Positions 1 through 14,205 of a stretch of DNA of 32,000 nucleotides are shown here, one piece after another. Source of the stretch: Enterobacteriaceae bacterium RIT693 (GTDB lineage: Bacteria > Pseudomonadota > Gammaproteobacteria > Enterobacterales > Enterobacteriaceae). A program made the position numbers and the translations under genes. The stretch lies in NCBI GenBank assembly GCA_009668225.1, contig WJYK01000007.1, positions 218,794 to 250,793 on the forward strand, given 5' to 3'. Every line of letters starts with the position of its first letter. Position 1 is the stretch's first letter. The notes under the pieces are model-generated. The model was not told where the DNA came from. It made no database searches and saw nothing but the letters and a program-made list of their open reading frames with translations.

Positions 1-579
1 GTTAATGGCGATAAAGGCTTTTTTACTGCGCGGACTGGCGTTGTGTATTGCCTGAGCCAGGATCTCTTTCCCGGTACCGCTCTGCCCGTTAATCAAAACG
101 CTAACGTCGGACTGTGCCACCATACGCGCCTGCTCCAGCAAGCGCTGCATAATCGGGCTACGGGTCACGATGGTGTCCCGCCACATGTCATCCCCGGCAA
201 TCACCGTGTGCTCCAGCGCATTGTCGATCGCCTGATAAAGCGCGTCCCTGTCTACCGGCTTGGTCAGGAAGCTGAACACGCCCTGCTGGGTGGCGGCTAC
301 CGCGTCAGGAATCGAGCCATGTGCGGTCAGAATGATCACCGGCATGCCAGGCTGACCTTTTTGGATCTCCGCGAACAGCGCCATGCCGTCCATTTCATCC
401 ATTCTAAGATCGCTTATCACCAGATCGATTTTTTCACGCGCCAGGACCTTCAGCCCCTCAGCACCACTTTCTGCCGTTGAGACCGTATAACCTTCGCTGG
501 AAAGACGCATCCCTAACAGCTTTAAAAGTCCAGGGTCGTCATCCACTAACAATAAGCGCGCGGGTTTCCTCTGCGTCAT
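1..579 (-). CDS. glrR: sigma54-dependent two-component response regulator GlrR (QseF/YfhA), N-terminal part; the gene continues beyond the window start
   Basis: My own minus-strand translation from the ATG at 579 gives MTQRKPARLLLVDDDPGLLKLLGMRLSSEGYTV...SVLINGQSGTGKEI. This is a receiver domain plus the start of an AAA+ domain, collinear with E. coli GlrR. The ATGA overlap with the qseG stop indicates translational coupling. The ORF track lists only a spurious plus-strand ORF here. Confidence 0.9.
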   Translation of the reverse strand, partial: MTQRKPARLLLVDDDPGLLKLLGMRLSSEGYTVSTAESGAEGLKVLAREKIDLVISDLRMDEMDGMALFAEIQKGQPGMPVIILTAHGSIPDAVAATQQGVFSFLTKPVDRDALYQAIDNALEHTVIAGDDMWRDTIVTRSPIMQRLLEQARMVAQSDVSVLINGQSGTGKEILAQAIHNASPRSKKAFIAIN

Positions 580-1337
580 GGTTTTGCCTCCTGCTGCGGT
601 TTGTCTGTAGCGCTGCTGGCGTCGTCATCGTTGTCATCAGAGCTGTGTGTATCGGGCACAAGGCTGCTCCCCGGTTTTCGGCTCGATAGCTGACGTTCGA
701 TATCGGTAAGATTTTCCAGCTTGCGCGTCGTGAGATCGAGTTGACTCCGCAGGCGTTGCTGCTGCTCACGTAGCGTATCCAGCTCGCCGTCTGTTGATTG
801 CTGAAGTTTGCTATAGCGCGTGCGCTCATCCGACAGTTTGAGCAGGGAAGACTGGCCATCCCGCCAAATCTCAAACAGCGAGCGAACCTGCGCCGGTACT
901 TCATTGGTCATGCTGTCGAGCTGGGTCATGTAGCGGCGGCGCTCGGTCGGCGTAATTTTCGCCGTGGACAGCAGAATGCCGCGCCTGAACGTATCCTGCC
1001 AGGTTTCCGCTGGCCACTGGCGAGCTTCCGCACGCGCTTCAGCCGGAGGCAGGCGTTGAGCACAGTCCATTCCACGCAGCCAGTAAAGCGGGTTGCTGAT
1101 AACATCATGCCCCGTCAGCGCCCATATTTCAGTACAGTCCGTGGACAGGTAGTCTGGAATTTGTTGCTCAGGTATATGCGGTTTGTGGGCCTCATTAAGG
1201 CTGCTTGATACGGTTGCGGGCGCGCAGCCTGTGAGTAACGCGGCACCAGCCACTGCGCCGGATACCCAGCAAAGAAGACGAGGCAATGCCCCACGGCGTA
1301 GATCACGCAATAAAAATACATTCATCGTTTTAATCAT
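576..1337 (-). CDS. qseG: outer-membrane lipoprotein QseG (YfhG), accessory to GlrK/GlrR
   Basis: 253 aa ORF with a lipobox (LLTGC) and collinear similarity to E. coli YfhG (DYLSTxCxxIWAL, LYWLR, KLENLTDIERQLSxRK). It lies between glrK and glrR as in E. coli. The start may be the internal Met at 1325. Confidence 0.85.
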   Translation of the reverse strand: MIKTMNVFLLRDLRRGALPRLLCWVSGAVAGAALLTGCAPATVSSSLNEAHKPHIPEQQIPDYLSTDCTEIWALTGHDVISNPLYWLRGMDCAQRLPPAEARAEARQWPAETWQDTFRRGILLSTAKITPTERRRYMTQLDSMTNEVPAQVRSLFEIWRDGQSSLLKLSDERTRYSKLQQSTDGELDTLREQQQRLRSQLDLTTRKLENLTDIERQLSSRKPGSSLVPDTHSSDDNDDDASSATDKPQQEAKP

Positions 1338-2766
1338 TCTCAGGGAAAACCGGTAATTCGATACGGAAACACACTTCCGCGCTGTTATCGTTAATCAGGC
1401 TAAGTTTTCCGTTCATACGTCGAATGCAATCCCTGGCGATACTTAGCCCCAGGCCACTTCCCTTTACTGAGCCCTTCCGCTGGTGACTTCCCTGGTAGAA
1501 AGGCTCAAAAATCATCTCTTGTTCCGCTGCCGGAATCGGTGCACCGGTATTAGCAACCTCAATATACAAAGTCGCACCAGCCTGCGAACTGCGTAGGTAA
1601 ATGGTACCGGATTCACTGCCATAGTGCACAGCATTGGAGTAGAGATTGTCCAGCACGCTCATCAGTAGCGTAGGCTCCGCAAGGCAAGCTTTTGGACTTA
1701 ATTGAATCTCGGTATGCATCATTTTAACTCGTGCCGGAAGGCTGTGAGCAGAGATAACCATTTCCGCTATCGATGCAACATCAACCCTTTCCAGCGATAC
1801 GGCTCCGTCGGCCAGTTTGCGATTGTAATCCAGAAGTTGCTCAATCAGTCTTTGTAAGTGGCGACTGCTGCTATCGAGTATTTCAACCACCTCTTTCTGA
1901 TCGGCATTCAGCGGCCCGGCGACCTGATCGGCCAGTAACTCCGTTCCCTCTCGCATACTGGCAAGCGGGGTTTTTAATTCGTGAGAAAGATGGCGCAAAA
2001 ACTCATGGCGCTGGGATTCAAGCCAGGAAAGACGTTCACTCAGCCAAACAATGCGCTGCCCTACGGAACGCAGCTCCCTGGGCCCTTTAAATACCTCGCG
2101 GTTATCAAGCGTTCGCCCTTCCCCTAGCCGATTGATCATGCGCTCAATACCTTTTACCGGGCCGATAATCATACGGGTAAAGATGATAACCAACCCAAAA
2201 CTGAGCAGAAACAGCACCAGAGCCTGCCAGCCGAAAAACTGGCCTCGTTCGGCGATTTCCTGCTGCAACTGCTGGCCACGGGAAAACACCACCGTGCGTG
2301 TTGCCTGAACCATTTCGGCATTCGCCGAGGCGAACTGCTCAAGCTGGTTAGCTGCGACGGATTCCGGCCCGCTGTTTTTACATTTCAGTTCGGCAAGGTC
2401 GCTTAAAGACTGGCTAAGCGACTCGTACATTTTAGGATCGGGTAATACGGAAGAATGTGCTTCAAGCATTTGTGCATAGCGCTGGCGCTGGCCCAGGTAT
2501 AGCTGGGCAAGACGTGAATCATCCAGCACGCAGTACTGTCGGTAGCTGCGTTCCATCTCCAGAGCAATATTGGTCATCGCTTCACTGCGTCGAGCGTCGA
2601 TCAGCGTGGTGCGGTTGGTCAGGGCGGCCTGAGCACTTAACGCATTCAAACTCTGCCACGCCTGCCAGGCAAGCACCAGCAGCGGCACCAGAACCAATAA
2701 GAAGGCCATCATGACTAGCTGGCGCAAAGATCGAGGAAAAAAATGCCACTGGTTCAATAGCTTCAT
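1330..2766 (-). CDS. glrK: sensor histidine kinase GlrK (QseE/YfhK)
   Basis: 478 aa with two TM segments, a HAMP domain, an H-box (SHELKTPLASMREG) and an HATPase domain. Synteny with qseG and glrR. Confidence 0.9.
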   Translation of the reverse strand: MKLLNQWHFFPRSLRQLVMMAFLLVLVPLLVLAWQAWQSLNALSAQAALTNRTTLIDARRSEAMTNIALEMERSYRQYCVLDDSRLAQLYLGQRQRYAQMLEAHSSVLPDPKMYESLSQSLSDLAELKCKNSGPESVAANQLEQFASANAEMVQATRTVVFSRGQQLQQEIAERGQFFGWQALVLFLLSFGLVIIFTRMIIGPVKGIERMINRLGEGRTLDNREVFKGPRELRSVGQRIVWLSERLSWLESQRHEFLRHLSHELKTPLASMREGTELLADQVAGPLNADQKEVVEILDSSSRHLQRLIEQLLDYNRKLADGAVSLERVDVASIAEMVISAHSLPARVKMMHTEIQLSPKACLAEPTLLMSVLDNLYSNAVHYGSESGTIYLRSSQAGATLYIEVANTGAPIPAAEQEMIFEPFYQGSHQRKGSVKGSGLGLSIARDCIRRMNGKLSLINDNSAEVCFRIELPVFPEND

Positions 2767-2835
2767 CTCACATTACCTGAATGACACGATGCTAGCCGCG
2801 ATTGCGCGTGGTGGAAAGGTGTGTTTACCAGAAAC

Positions 2836-2866
2836 AGAAAAGGCAGGGTCAAAAACCCTGCCTTTT
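2836..2866 (-). terminator. glmY intrinsic terminator
   Basis: 11-bp stem AAAAGGCAGGG / CCCTGCCTTTT with a 7-nt loop, followed on the minus strand by TTTTCTGTTTC. Confidence 0.8.
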
Positions 2867-3027
2867 CTTTAGAATTAGGCGGCGCCTTACTCAACGTTTC
2901 GCCCGGAGCATGATAAGCCCGAAGGCAGTTATCAAAAATTGGACGGCAGGCACCTTTTTGTGCGTCATTCGGCGGTTTATGTAGTCTGTCTGAGAAGACG
3001 CTGACATAAGAGATTGAATGAGCCACT
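2836..3027 (-). ncRNA. glmY: small RNA GlmY (activates glmS via GlmZ/RapZ)
   Basis: The minus strand reads AGTGGCTCATTCA...CATAAACCGCCGAATGACGCACAAAAAGGTGC...TTTTTGATAACTGCCTTCGGGCTTATCATGC...GCCTAATTCTAAAGAAAAGGCAGGGTTTTTGACCCTGCCTTTTCT. This matches my recollection of E. coli GlmY. It sits immediately upstream of glrK, has a sigma54 promoter at the correct distance and ends in a terminator hairpin. The 87-aa ORF at 2763-3026 in the track is an artefact of this RNA gene. Confidence 0.85.
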
Positions 3028-3037
3028 GACGCTTATC

Positions 3038-3054
3038 ATGCACACATCATGCCA
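3038..3054 (-). promoter_or_regulatory. sigma54 (-24/-12) promoter of glmY
   Basis: The minus strand reads TGGCATGATGTGTGCAT. GG and GC are 12 nt apart as in the consensus TGGCAC-N5-TTGCA, and the GC lies 13 nt upstream of the inferred glmY +1 (3027). Confidence 0.75.
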
Positions 3055-3142
3055 TATTTTATCAATGACAGTTAACTTATTGTTTAAAATAAAGATAACG
3101 AGAAATTCCAAAAGATATATTCTGACTATTTTTCGTTCGCAG

Positions 3143-3160
3143 TGTCGCCGTTTTACAACA
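3143..3160. promoter_or_regulatory. GlrR binding-site candidate (TGTC-N10-AACA)
   Basis: Matches the GlrR consensus TGTC-N10-GACA with one mismatch, about 116-133 bp upstream of glmY +1. Confidence 0.5.
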
Positions 3161-3205
3161 CCCTATAATAGATTTCCCTATACCTTTAAAAATCAATGCG
3201 TTATA

Positions 3206-3223
3206 CGTCTCCAATTGGAGACA
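3206..3223. promoter_or_regulatory. GlrR binding-site candidate (CGTC-N10-GACA) containing a perfect 16-bp palindrome
   Basis: GTCTCCAATTGGAGAC is a perfect palindrome that fits TGTC-N10-GACA, about 180-195 bp upstream of glmY. Confidence 0.6.
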
Positions 3224-3238
3224 CACAAAAAGCACGAG

Positions 3239-3256
3239 TGTCGGGATTTAGTGACA
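3239..3256. promoter_or_regulatory. GlrR binding site candidate (perfect TGTC-N10-GACA)
   Basis: TGTCGGGATTTAGTGACA, about 212-229 bp upstream of glmY +1. Three such upstream sites are as described for E. coli glmY. Confidence 0.6.
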
Positions 3257-3368
3257 GATGGATCCCTCGTTCAAGCGCATTATCCGGCGTAGCGGATTGA
3301 GCAGCGCTACTGTGGCATCGTGAATGGCTATCCCGGTACGGAGATGTTGTGCTGCATCCCTGCGAGCG

Positions 3369-3875
3369 TTACAAGTGACGTTTAAATATTGCAGGAGCAC
3401 CCGCGTAAAGCACGTTTTCCGGCACATTAACATTGACGACACTGTTTGCTGCAATAATGCTATTTTCTCCGATTGTCACGCCGGGTAATACAACGACCCC
3501 AGCCCCCAGCCAAACATTCCTGCCGAGAGTAATTGGCGCTGAAATTACCGTAGTGTTTCTTTGTACGGGGTCACATGGATGACTTGCCGTCGACAGCGTT
3601 ACGTTAGGTCCTATCAATGAATTATCGCCAATCTTTATAGCAGCATTGTCCAGAAACACACAGCCCGCATTTATATATACGTTGTGACCAATGGAGATGT
3701 GGCCAAACTCATAGAAGAAAGGTGTTGTTACGGTGCTTTCCCCTCGAAAACTTACGCCGGATTTAGCCAAAAGGCGATTACGTTTCTTGCGGGATAGGCT
3801 CTTGCTGTTGATTAGATTGCGGGCTACGGGGACTTTTACAGATTTAGCAAAGTTACACAGGAAATACGTTAGCAT
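3369..3875 (-). CDS. hexapeptide-repeat sugar O-acetyltransferase (Maa/LacA family)
   Basis: 168 aa. The C-terminal two thirds are collinear with E. coli maltose O-acetyltransferase (IGxNxxINxxCVFLD, IKIGDN, ASHPxDPxxRN, ITLGxNVWLGxGVVVLPGVTIGENSIIAANSVV). The N-terminus is shorter than in Maa or LacA. The gene is absent from this position in E. coli K-12. Confidence 0.75.
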   Translation of the reverse strand: MLTYFLCNFAKSVKVPVARNLINSKSLSRKKRNRLLAKSGVSFRGESTVTTPFFYEFGHISIGHNVYINAGCVFLDNAAIKIGDNSLIGPNVTLSTASHPCDPVQRNTTVISAPITLGRNVWLGAGVVVLPGVTIGENSIIAANSVVNVNVPENVLYAGAPAIFKRHL

Positions 3876-4002
3876 AGTTTTAGTCTTTCATTATTTTGGC
3901 TCAACCATACAAACCAGTATCAACCCGTTCAACTTTTTTTCTCCAGCCTTAAAGAATAATTTTCTGATTGCTAAAGCCTGCCCCAAAAAATTTCGCCATC
4001 TT

Positions 4003-4032
4003 AAAAACCCTCTCCCATTTAGGAAGAGGGTT
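4003..4032 (-). terminator. putative purL terminator
   Basis: 8-bp stem AACCCTCT / AGAGGGTT with an 11-nt loop, followed on the minus strand by TTTTTAAG. It starts 13 nt after the purL stop. The large loop makes this a weak call. Confidence 0.45.
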
Positions 4033-4044
4033 GGGAGACAGTAA

Positions 4045-7932
<3,888 letters not shown>

Positions 7933-7999
7933 TAAAGATCTCTCGTCTTCAGGGCGAAGGGGGGAAAACGGGCGTCATTATAGAGAATCCTCCGCCATG

Positions 8000-8015
8000 A
8001 CGAAACCGTTTGCGT
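8000..8015. promoter_or_regulatory. PurR operator (PUR box) of purL
   Basis: ACGAAACCGTTTGCGT (reverse complement ACGCAAACGGTTTCGT) matches 14 of 16 positions of the PUR box consensus ACGCAAACGTTTGCGT. It lies about 70 bp upstream of the purL start codon. Confidence 0.75.
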
Positions 8016-8180
8016 AGAAATAACAGCAGAAGTTTTTATTGCACGAAAATTAAACGATATATTCTTAAAAGTTGCTTACTGGCGTTTTCTTACGCAAAAT
8101 GCGTTTCATCCACTTACAGGGTTCATATAAATCATGTTTATTGTTGGCTGAGACTTAACCTGCTGCAGAATGTTATCTAT

Positions 8181-10155
<1,975 letters not shown>

Positions 10156-10188
10156 TTATACACACCGCTTACCGGATTCGAAACGCCC

Positions 10189-10827
10189 TCACTCGAGCTG
10201 CTGGAGCTCTCCCTGAGGCGTGACGCGCCAGCGGTGCTCGCAGAAATAGAGCAGTGGATTGTCCTGATGGCTGTCGCTGTAGCCGCTATAAAGCCGCAGT
10301 GGAGCCCCTATGTGCTGCTCCAGTTGAACCACTTTTTCATGGCCCAGACAACGCAGGGTGACGACCCATCCTCCGTGTGCTCGCGCAATCTGGGTGGCAA
10401 TAAGCTTCACCTCAGGCAGCCACGGTGTATCACAATAGACCTTCTCAACCAGCGGCTGAGGTGAACCTGTTATCAGCCAGACGTCAGCATCCGCGCTGAG
10501 CAAGTAGTCAGTGAGCCGCTGCTGAACAACGGGAAATGCCTTCACCTTCTTGCGAAACCAGGCAGCAAAATCGTTCTGCATCCGCTGCAGCCGGGCCTCG
10601 CTCCGCCCGAACGTTGCGCCCCATAGCAGGATGCTCATCGGCTGGCGGGCTGCGCTCCCTTTAATCAGCATCATGCCTCCGATCAGAGGTAGCAATACAG
10701 CCACCAGCAGCACGTTTAGCGGCAGACGCCGCAGGAGATAAAACAAAAAACTGCCGAACATATCCTGCTGATGTAAGGTGCCATCCAGGTCAAAAAAGAC
10801 GACGCGGCGCGGGTTGTGGGTAGTCAA
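10189..10827 (-). CDS. pgpC: phosphatidylglycerophosphatase C (YfhB)
   Basis: 212 aa with the HAD motif VVFFDLDGTL, collinear with E. coli PgpC and ending RWRVTPxGELQQLE. Confidence 0.9.
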   Translation of the reverse strand: MTTHNPRRVVFFDLDGTLHQQDMFGSFLFYLLRRLPLNVLLVAVLLPLIGGMMLIKGSAARQPMSILLWGATFGRSEARLQRMQNDFAAWFRKKVKAFPVVQQRLTDYLLSADADVWLITGSPQPLVEKVYCDTPWLPEVKLIATQIARAHGGWVVTLRCLGHEKVVQLEQHIGAPLRLYSGYSDSHQDNPLLYFCEHRWRVTPQGELQQLE

Positions 10828-11036
10828 TACGGGCTCCTTTAAGACTCGCGTTCACAAAATGGTGCTCCCTTAAAGCCTAACAGATAGCCCCGTAGTTTTC
10901 CGCGAGCCACCCTGGTCGGGTTCACACGGCACGTCAGAATATTTAATTCGATAACATTGTTCTATAATGGAATTTATAATTCGCTCAGATGCTTATAATG
11001 GCAACCCGTCATCGGAATTGCCGTCCCGGAGGTGAA

Positions 11037-11885
11037 ATGAACTGTTTACTGCGCATTCGAAGCCGTTACGCCATGCTGGCCCAGAGTGACCGCAAGCTCG
11101 CTGACTTCCTGCTCGCTGAGCCCGATCGAGCACGCCATCTCAGTTCACAGCAGCTGGCGGAAGAAGCCGGCGTTAGCCAGTCGAGCGTCGTAAAATTCGC
11201 GCAGAAACTGGGGTTCAGAGGCTTTCCGGCGATGAAGTTAGCCATCAGCGAAGCGCTCGCCAGCGGCCAAAACCCTCACTCCGTCCCGGTACACAACCAA
11301 ATATTAGGGGATGATCCGCTGCGGCTTGTTGGGGAGAAATTGATTAAAGAGAATATCGCGGCGATGCACGCCACGCTGGATATCAATGCGGAAGAGAAGC
11401 TGCTGGCGAGCGTTTCGCTGCTGCGCAATGCGCGGCGCGTGCTGCTGGTGGGAATAGGCGCATCAGGCCTGGTAGCGAAGAATTTTTCGTGGAAGTTGAT
11501 GAAGATTGGCATTCACGCCGTCGCCGAGCAGGACATGCATGCTCTGCTTGCGACCGTACAGGCAATGACCCCGGAAGACGTGCTGCTCGCCATTTCCTAT
11601 TCGGGCGAACGTCGGGAGATCAATCTGGCGGCCGATGAAGCGCTGAACGCAGGCGCGAAAATCCTCGCGATGACCGGATTCACGCCTAACGCCCTGCAGC
11701 AGCGCGCCAGCTTGTGTCTCTACACCATCGCAGAAGAACAGGCCACGCGCAGCGCGGCTATTTCCTCCACCAGCGCCCAGATGATGCTGACCGACCTGCT
11801 ATTTATGGCATTGGTGCAGCAGGATCTGGAAAACGCGCCGGAGAGGATCCGCCAGAGCGAGGCGCTGGTGAAGAAGCTGGTTTAG
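11037..11885 (+). CDS. yfhH: RpiR/MurR-family transcriptional regulator YfhH
   Basis: 282 aa from MNCLLRIRSRY, the same length and N-terminus as E. coli YfhH. A GGAGG Shine-Dalgarno sequence lies upstream. HTH plus SIS domain. Confidence 0.85.
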   Translation: MNCLLRIRSRYAMLAQSDRKLADFLLAEPDRARHLSSQQLAEEAGVSQSSVVKFAQKLGFRGFPAMKLAISEALASGQNPHSVPVHNQILGDDPLRLVGEKLIKENIAAMHATLDINAEEKLLASVSLLRNARRVLLVGIGASGLVAKNFSWKLMKIGIHAVAEQDMHALLATVQAMTPEDVLLAISYSGERREINLAADEALNAGAKILAMTGFTPNALQQRASLCLYTIAEEQATRSAAISSTSAQMMLTDLLFMALVQQDLENAPERIRQSEALVKKLV

Positions 11886-11922
11886 CCCTGGCTCCCGGCG
11901 ACGAGGAAACCAGTTGTGATCG

Positions 11923-12176
11923 TTAAGACTTAAATCCCGGCTTGCCGTTTTGAGCTCGCCATTCTTTTACCGTTTTAACAATACCAGATGGAGAGTTATC
12001 AGCACCAGGTTCAGGATGGTAAATCAGATCCCGCCCGTCTGGATGTTCGGTCAATTGGTGAAACTGATAAAGAACCTCATCATGTTCAGCCTCGGTAGAA
12101 AATTCTTTTTTCTTTATTTTACAACAACAATGATGAAATCTTGTTCTGTACAATCTGCCAAAGTTTTACTCGCCAT
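11923..12176 (-). pseudogene. colicin/pyocin DNase-type immunity protein (Im family), disrupted by a 1-nt frameshift
   Basis: The C-terminal frame reads ...LTEHPDGRDLIYHPEPGADNSPSGIVKTVKEWRAQNGKPGFKS, compared with Im9/Im7 ...TEHPSGSDLIYYP...[25 protein letters not shown]. The N-terminus MASKTLADCTEQDFIIVVVK* (ATG at 12176, GAGGGA Shine-Dalgarno) is in another frame and matches Im7/Im9 helix I (SISDYTEAEF). The two frames join in the A-rich tract at 12104-12120. The track ORF start (TTG at 12153) is artificial. Confidence 0.75.
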
Positions 12177-12219
12177 TTTGATTTCCCTCATGAATTTCAA
12201 TATGACGTGTTGATGTATG
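12166..12219 (-). pseudogene. possible 3'-terminal remnant of an HNH DNase bacteriocin gene
   Basis: The frame running into the immunity start reads ...HTSTRHIEIHEGNQNGE*. Compare the C-terminus of E-type DNase colicins, TPKRHIDIHRGK*, which ends just before the immunity gene. Only about 10 residues are recognisable. Confidence 0.3.
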
Positions 12220-12329
12220 GTTTAGCGCCCGCAGGCTGAAAAGTTAACGAGCGCTAATACATCAGATAAATATTCAAAAAACCGCCCAACTGAACTGATT
12301 CCATAAAGTTGGACAGTTTAAGTTCAGGC

Positions 12330-13258
<929 letters not shown>

Positions 13259-13259
<1 letters not shown>

Positions 13260-13717
13260 CAGGGGTTAATAAGGCACTGGTTGCGGATGTACTCCTGCAG
13301 CCCCGCTAGCTGCTTGTTGCTCGTTTCAATGCGCTCCCGGAGACGAAAATAATCCCGTTCAGCGGCGTCAGTAAGTCCGGGGGCGCCAGCATCATCCAGC
13401 CCGGTGGTGGAGGTGGGACGAGGCACTGTTTTGCAGGTTGCGCTGACGCGCAGCCGCCGAGCGCCAGCAGCCACATCACGCTGCAGAGTTTCAATGGTGA
13501 GCCTGGCATCGGTTAACTCCTCGCTATAGTGAGCATCAAGCCCCGCGACCGCCCGCTGGCGTTGCACAAGGTTTTGCAGCGCAGTCTTCTGTTGAGCAAG
13601 CTGCTGTATAGCAGTCTCAGCTCTTTGCTTTTGAACATCATAGCGCTGATGAAACCACCAGCTGCTGGCGATAAGCAGGGCAAAAACCGCCAGCACAATC
13701 GTGGTTACCGGCTTCAT
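13259..13717 (-). CDS. i-spanin (Rz-like)
   Basis: From MKPVTTIVLAVFALLIASSWW (N-terminal TM segment). Similar to lambda Rz (RDVAALDAKYTKEL, DDVAAGRRRL, AERDYFTLRER, and a C-terminal ..EQC motif). ATGA overlap with the endolysin stop. Confidence 0.9.
13306..13509 (-). CDS. o-spanin lipoprotein (Rz1-like), embedded in the +1 frame of Rz
   Basis: MPGSPLKLCSVMWLLALGGC (lipobox) followed by ...QCLVPPPPPGWMMLAPPDLLTPLNGII. Compare lambda Rz1, MLKLKMMLCVMMLPLVVVGC...QCVKPPPPPAWIMQPPPDWQTPLNGII. Confidence 0.85.
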   Translation of the reverse strand: MPGSPLKLCSVMWLLALGGCASAQPAKQCLVPPPPPGWMMLAPPDLLTPLNGIIFVSGSALKRATSS

Positions 13718-14205
13718 TTTTCCGCCTCCGGCCAGGTACAAAGCTGATACTCCACCTCACGGCGGTTGATAAGCCCTTGCCACTGTTTACCGCCCGCCCA
13801 TATCCATTTTTTCAAGCCAGCGCAGGCCTGCTCGTAATTTCTGCCGTTTAACGTCCTGAGCACGGAGGAGTGCAGAAAAGCAGTCGTGCCGACGTTATAG
13901 GTAAAACTGATTAATGCCGCGCGTTGGTACTCACTAACAGGGACGGTAACCGCTATTGAGACCACCTGCGCTGCGGGACGGAGATCGTTATCAAGCAAGG
14001 CCCTACACTCTGATGAGCTGTAAGTTTTATCGGGAATAATGTCTTTGCCGGTATGGCCGTAGCACACCGTGAGCACCCCGGCGACGTCGTGATAAGGCGT
14101 GTAGCTCATGCCTTCAAGTTCGGGCAGTATCGAGCCTGCGATGGTCAGAGCGCCCGCCCCTGACAATCCGAATAATGCTTTTCTGAGTCCAGGGGAGAGG
14201 GCCAT
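13714..14205 (-). CDS. SAR endolysin (GH24 phage lysozyme, P21 R-like)
   Basis: 163 aa with an N-terminal Gly/Ala-rich signal-anchor-release segment (LFGLSGAGALTIAGSIL), the catalytic E-x8-D-x5-T motif (LEGMSYTPYHDVAGVLT) and similarity to the phage 21 endolysin (TVCxGHTGKDI, AGGKQWxGLxxRRExE). Confidence 0.9.
   Translation of the reverse strand: MALSPGLRKALFGLSGAGALTIAGSILPELEGMSYTPYHDVAGVLTVCYGHTGKDIIPDKTYSSSECRALLDNDLRPAAQVVSIAVTVPVSEYQRAALISFTYNVGTTAFLHSSVLRTLNGRNYEQACAGLKKWIWAGGKQWQGLINRREVEYQLCTWPEAEK

Noticed and set aside
2763-3026. 87-aa minus-strand ORF upstream of glrK
   Set aside because: It coincides exactly with the glmY sRNA. Its apparent start is the GTG one nucleotide after glmY +1, and the terminator hairpin lies inside the ORF.
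3876-3960. ERVDTGLYG* upstream of the acetyltransferase, resembling the Maa/LacA N-terminal E-x-I-x-A-G-x-L-Y motif
   Set aside because: It is in a different frame and about 13 codons too far from the conserved downstream region. No start codon is present, so the evidence is insufficient to call a frameshifted N-terminus.
8010-8180. 57-codon N-terminal extension of mltF from a TTG at 8010
   Set aside because: The extension is not conserved with E. coli MltF and is AT-rich, promoter-like DNA overlapping the PurR box region. Homology starts at the TTG at 8181 (KRIKINYLL). Similar non-conserved upstream extensions were trimmed for yfhH, rseA, rpoE, nadB, trmN, Rz and the N gene.
10950-11005. 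Three TATAAT hexamers within about 40 bp upstream of yfhH
   Set aside because: This is an AT-rich divergent promoter region between pgpC and yfhH. Multiple -10-like hexamers are expected by chance in such DNA, and no matching -35 element or repeat structure was seen.
12220-12329. Further HNH-domain remnants (VQLGG and YLSDVLALV in two other frames) between the lipase stop and the RHIEIH motif
   Set aside because: The spacing to the RH motif is about 30 nt too long relative to colicin or pyocin DNase domains. The matches are short and require two frame changes, so they could be chance.
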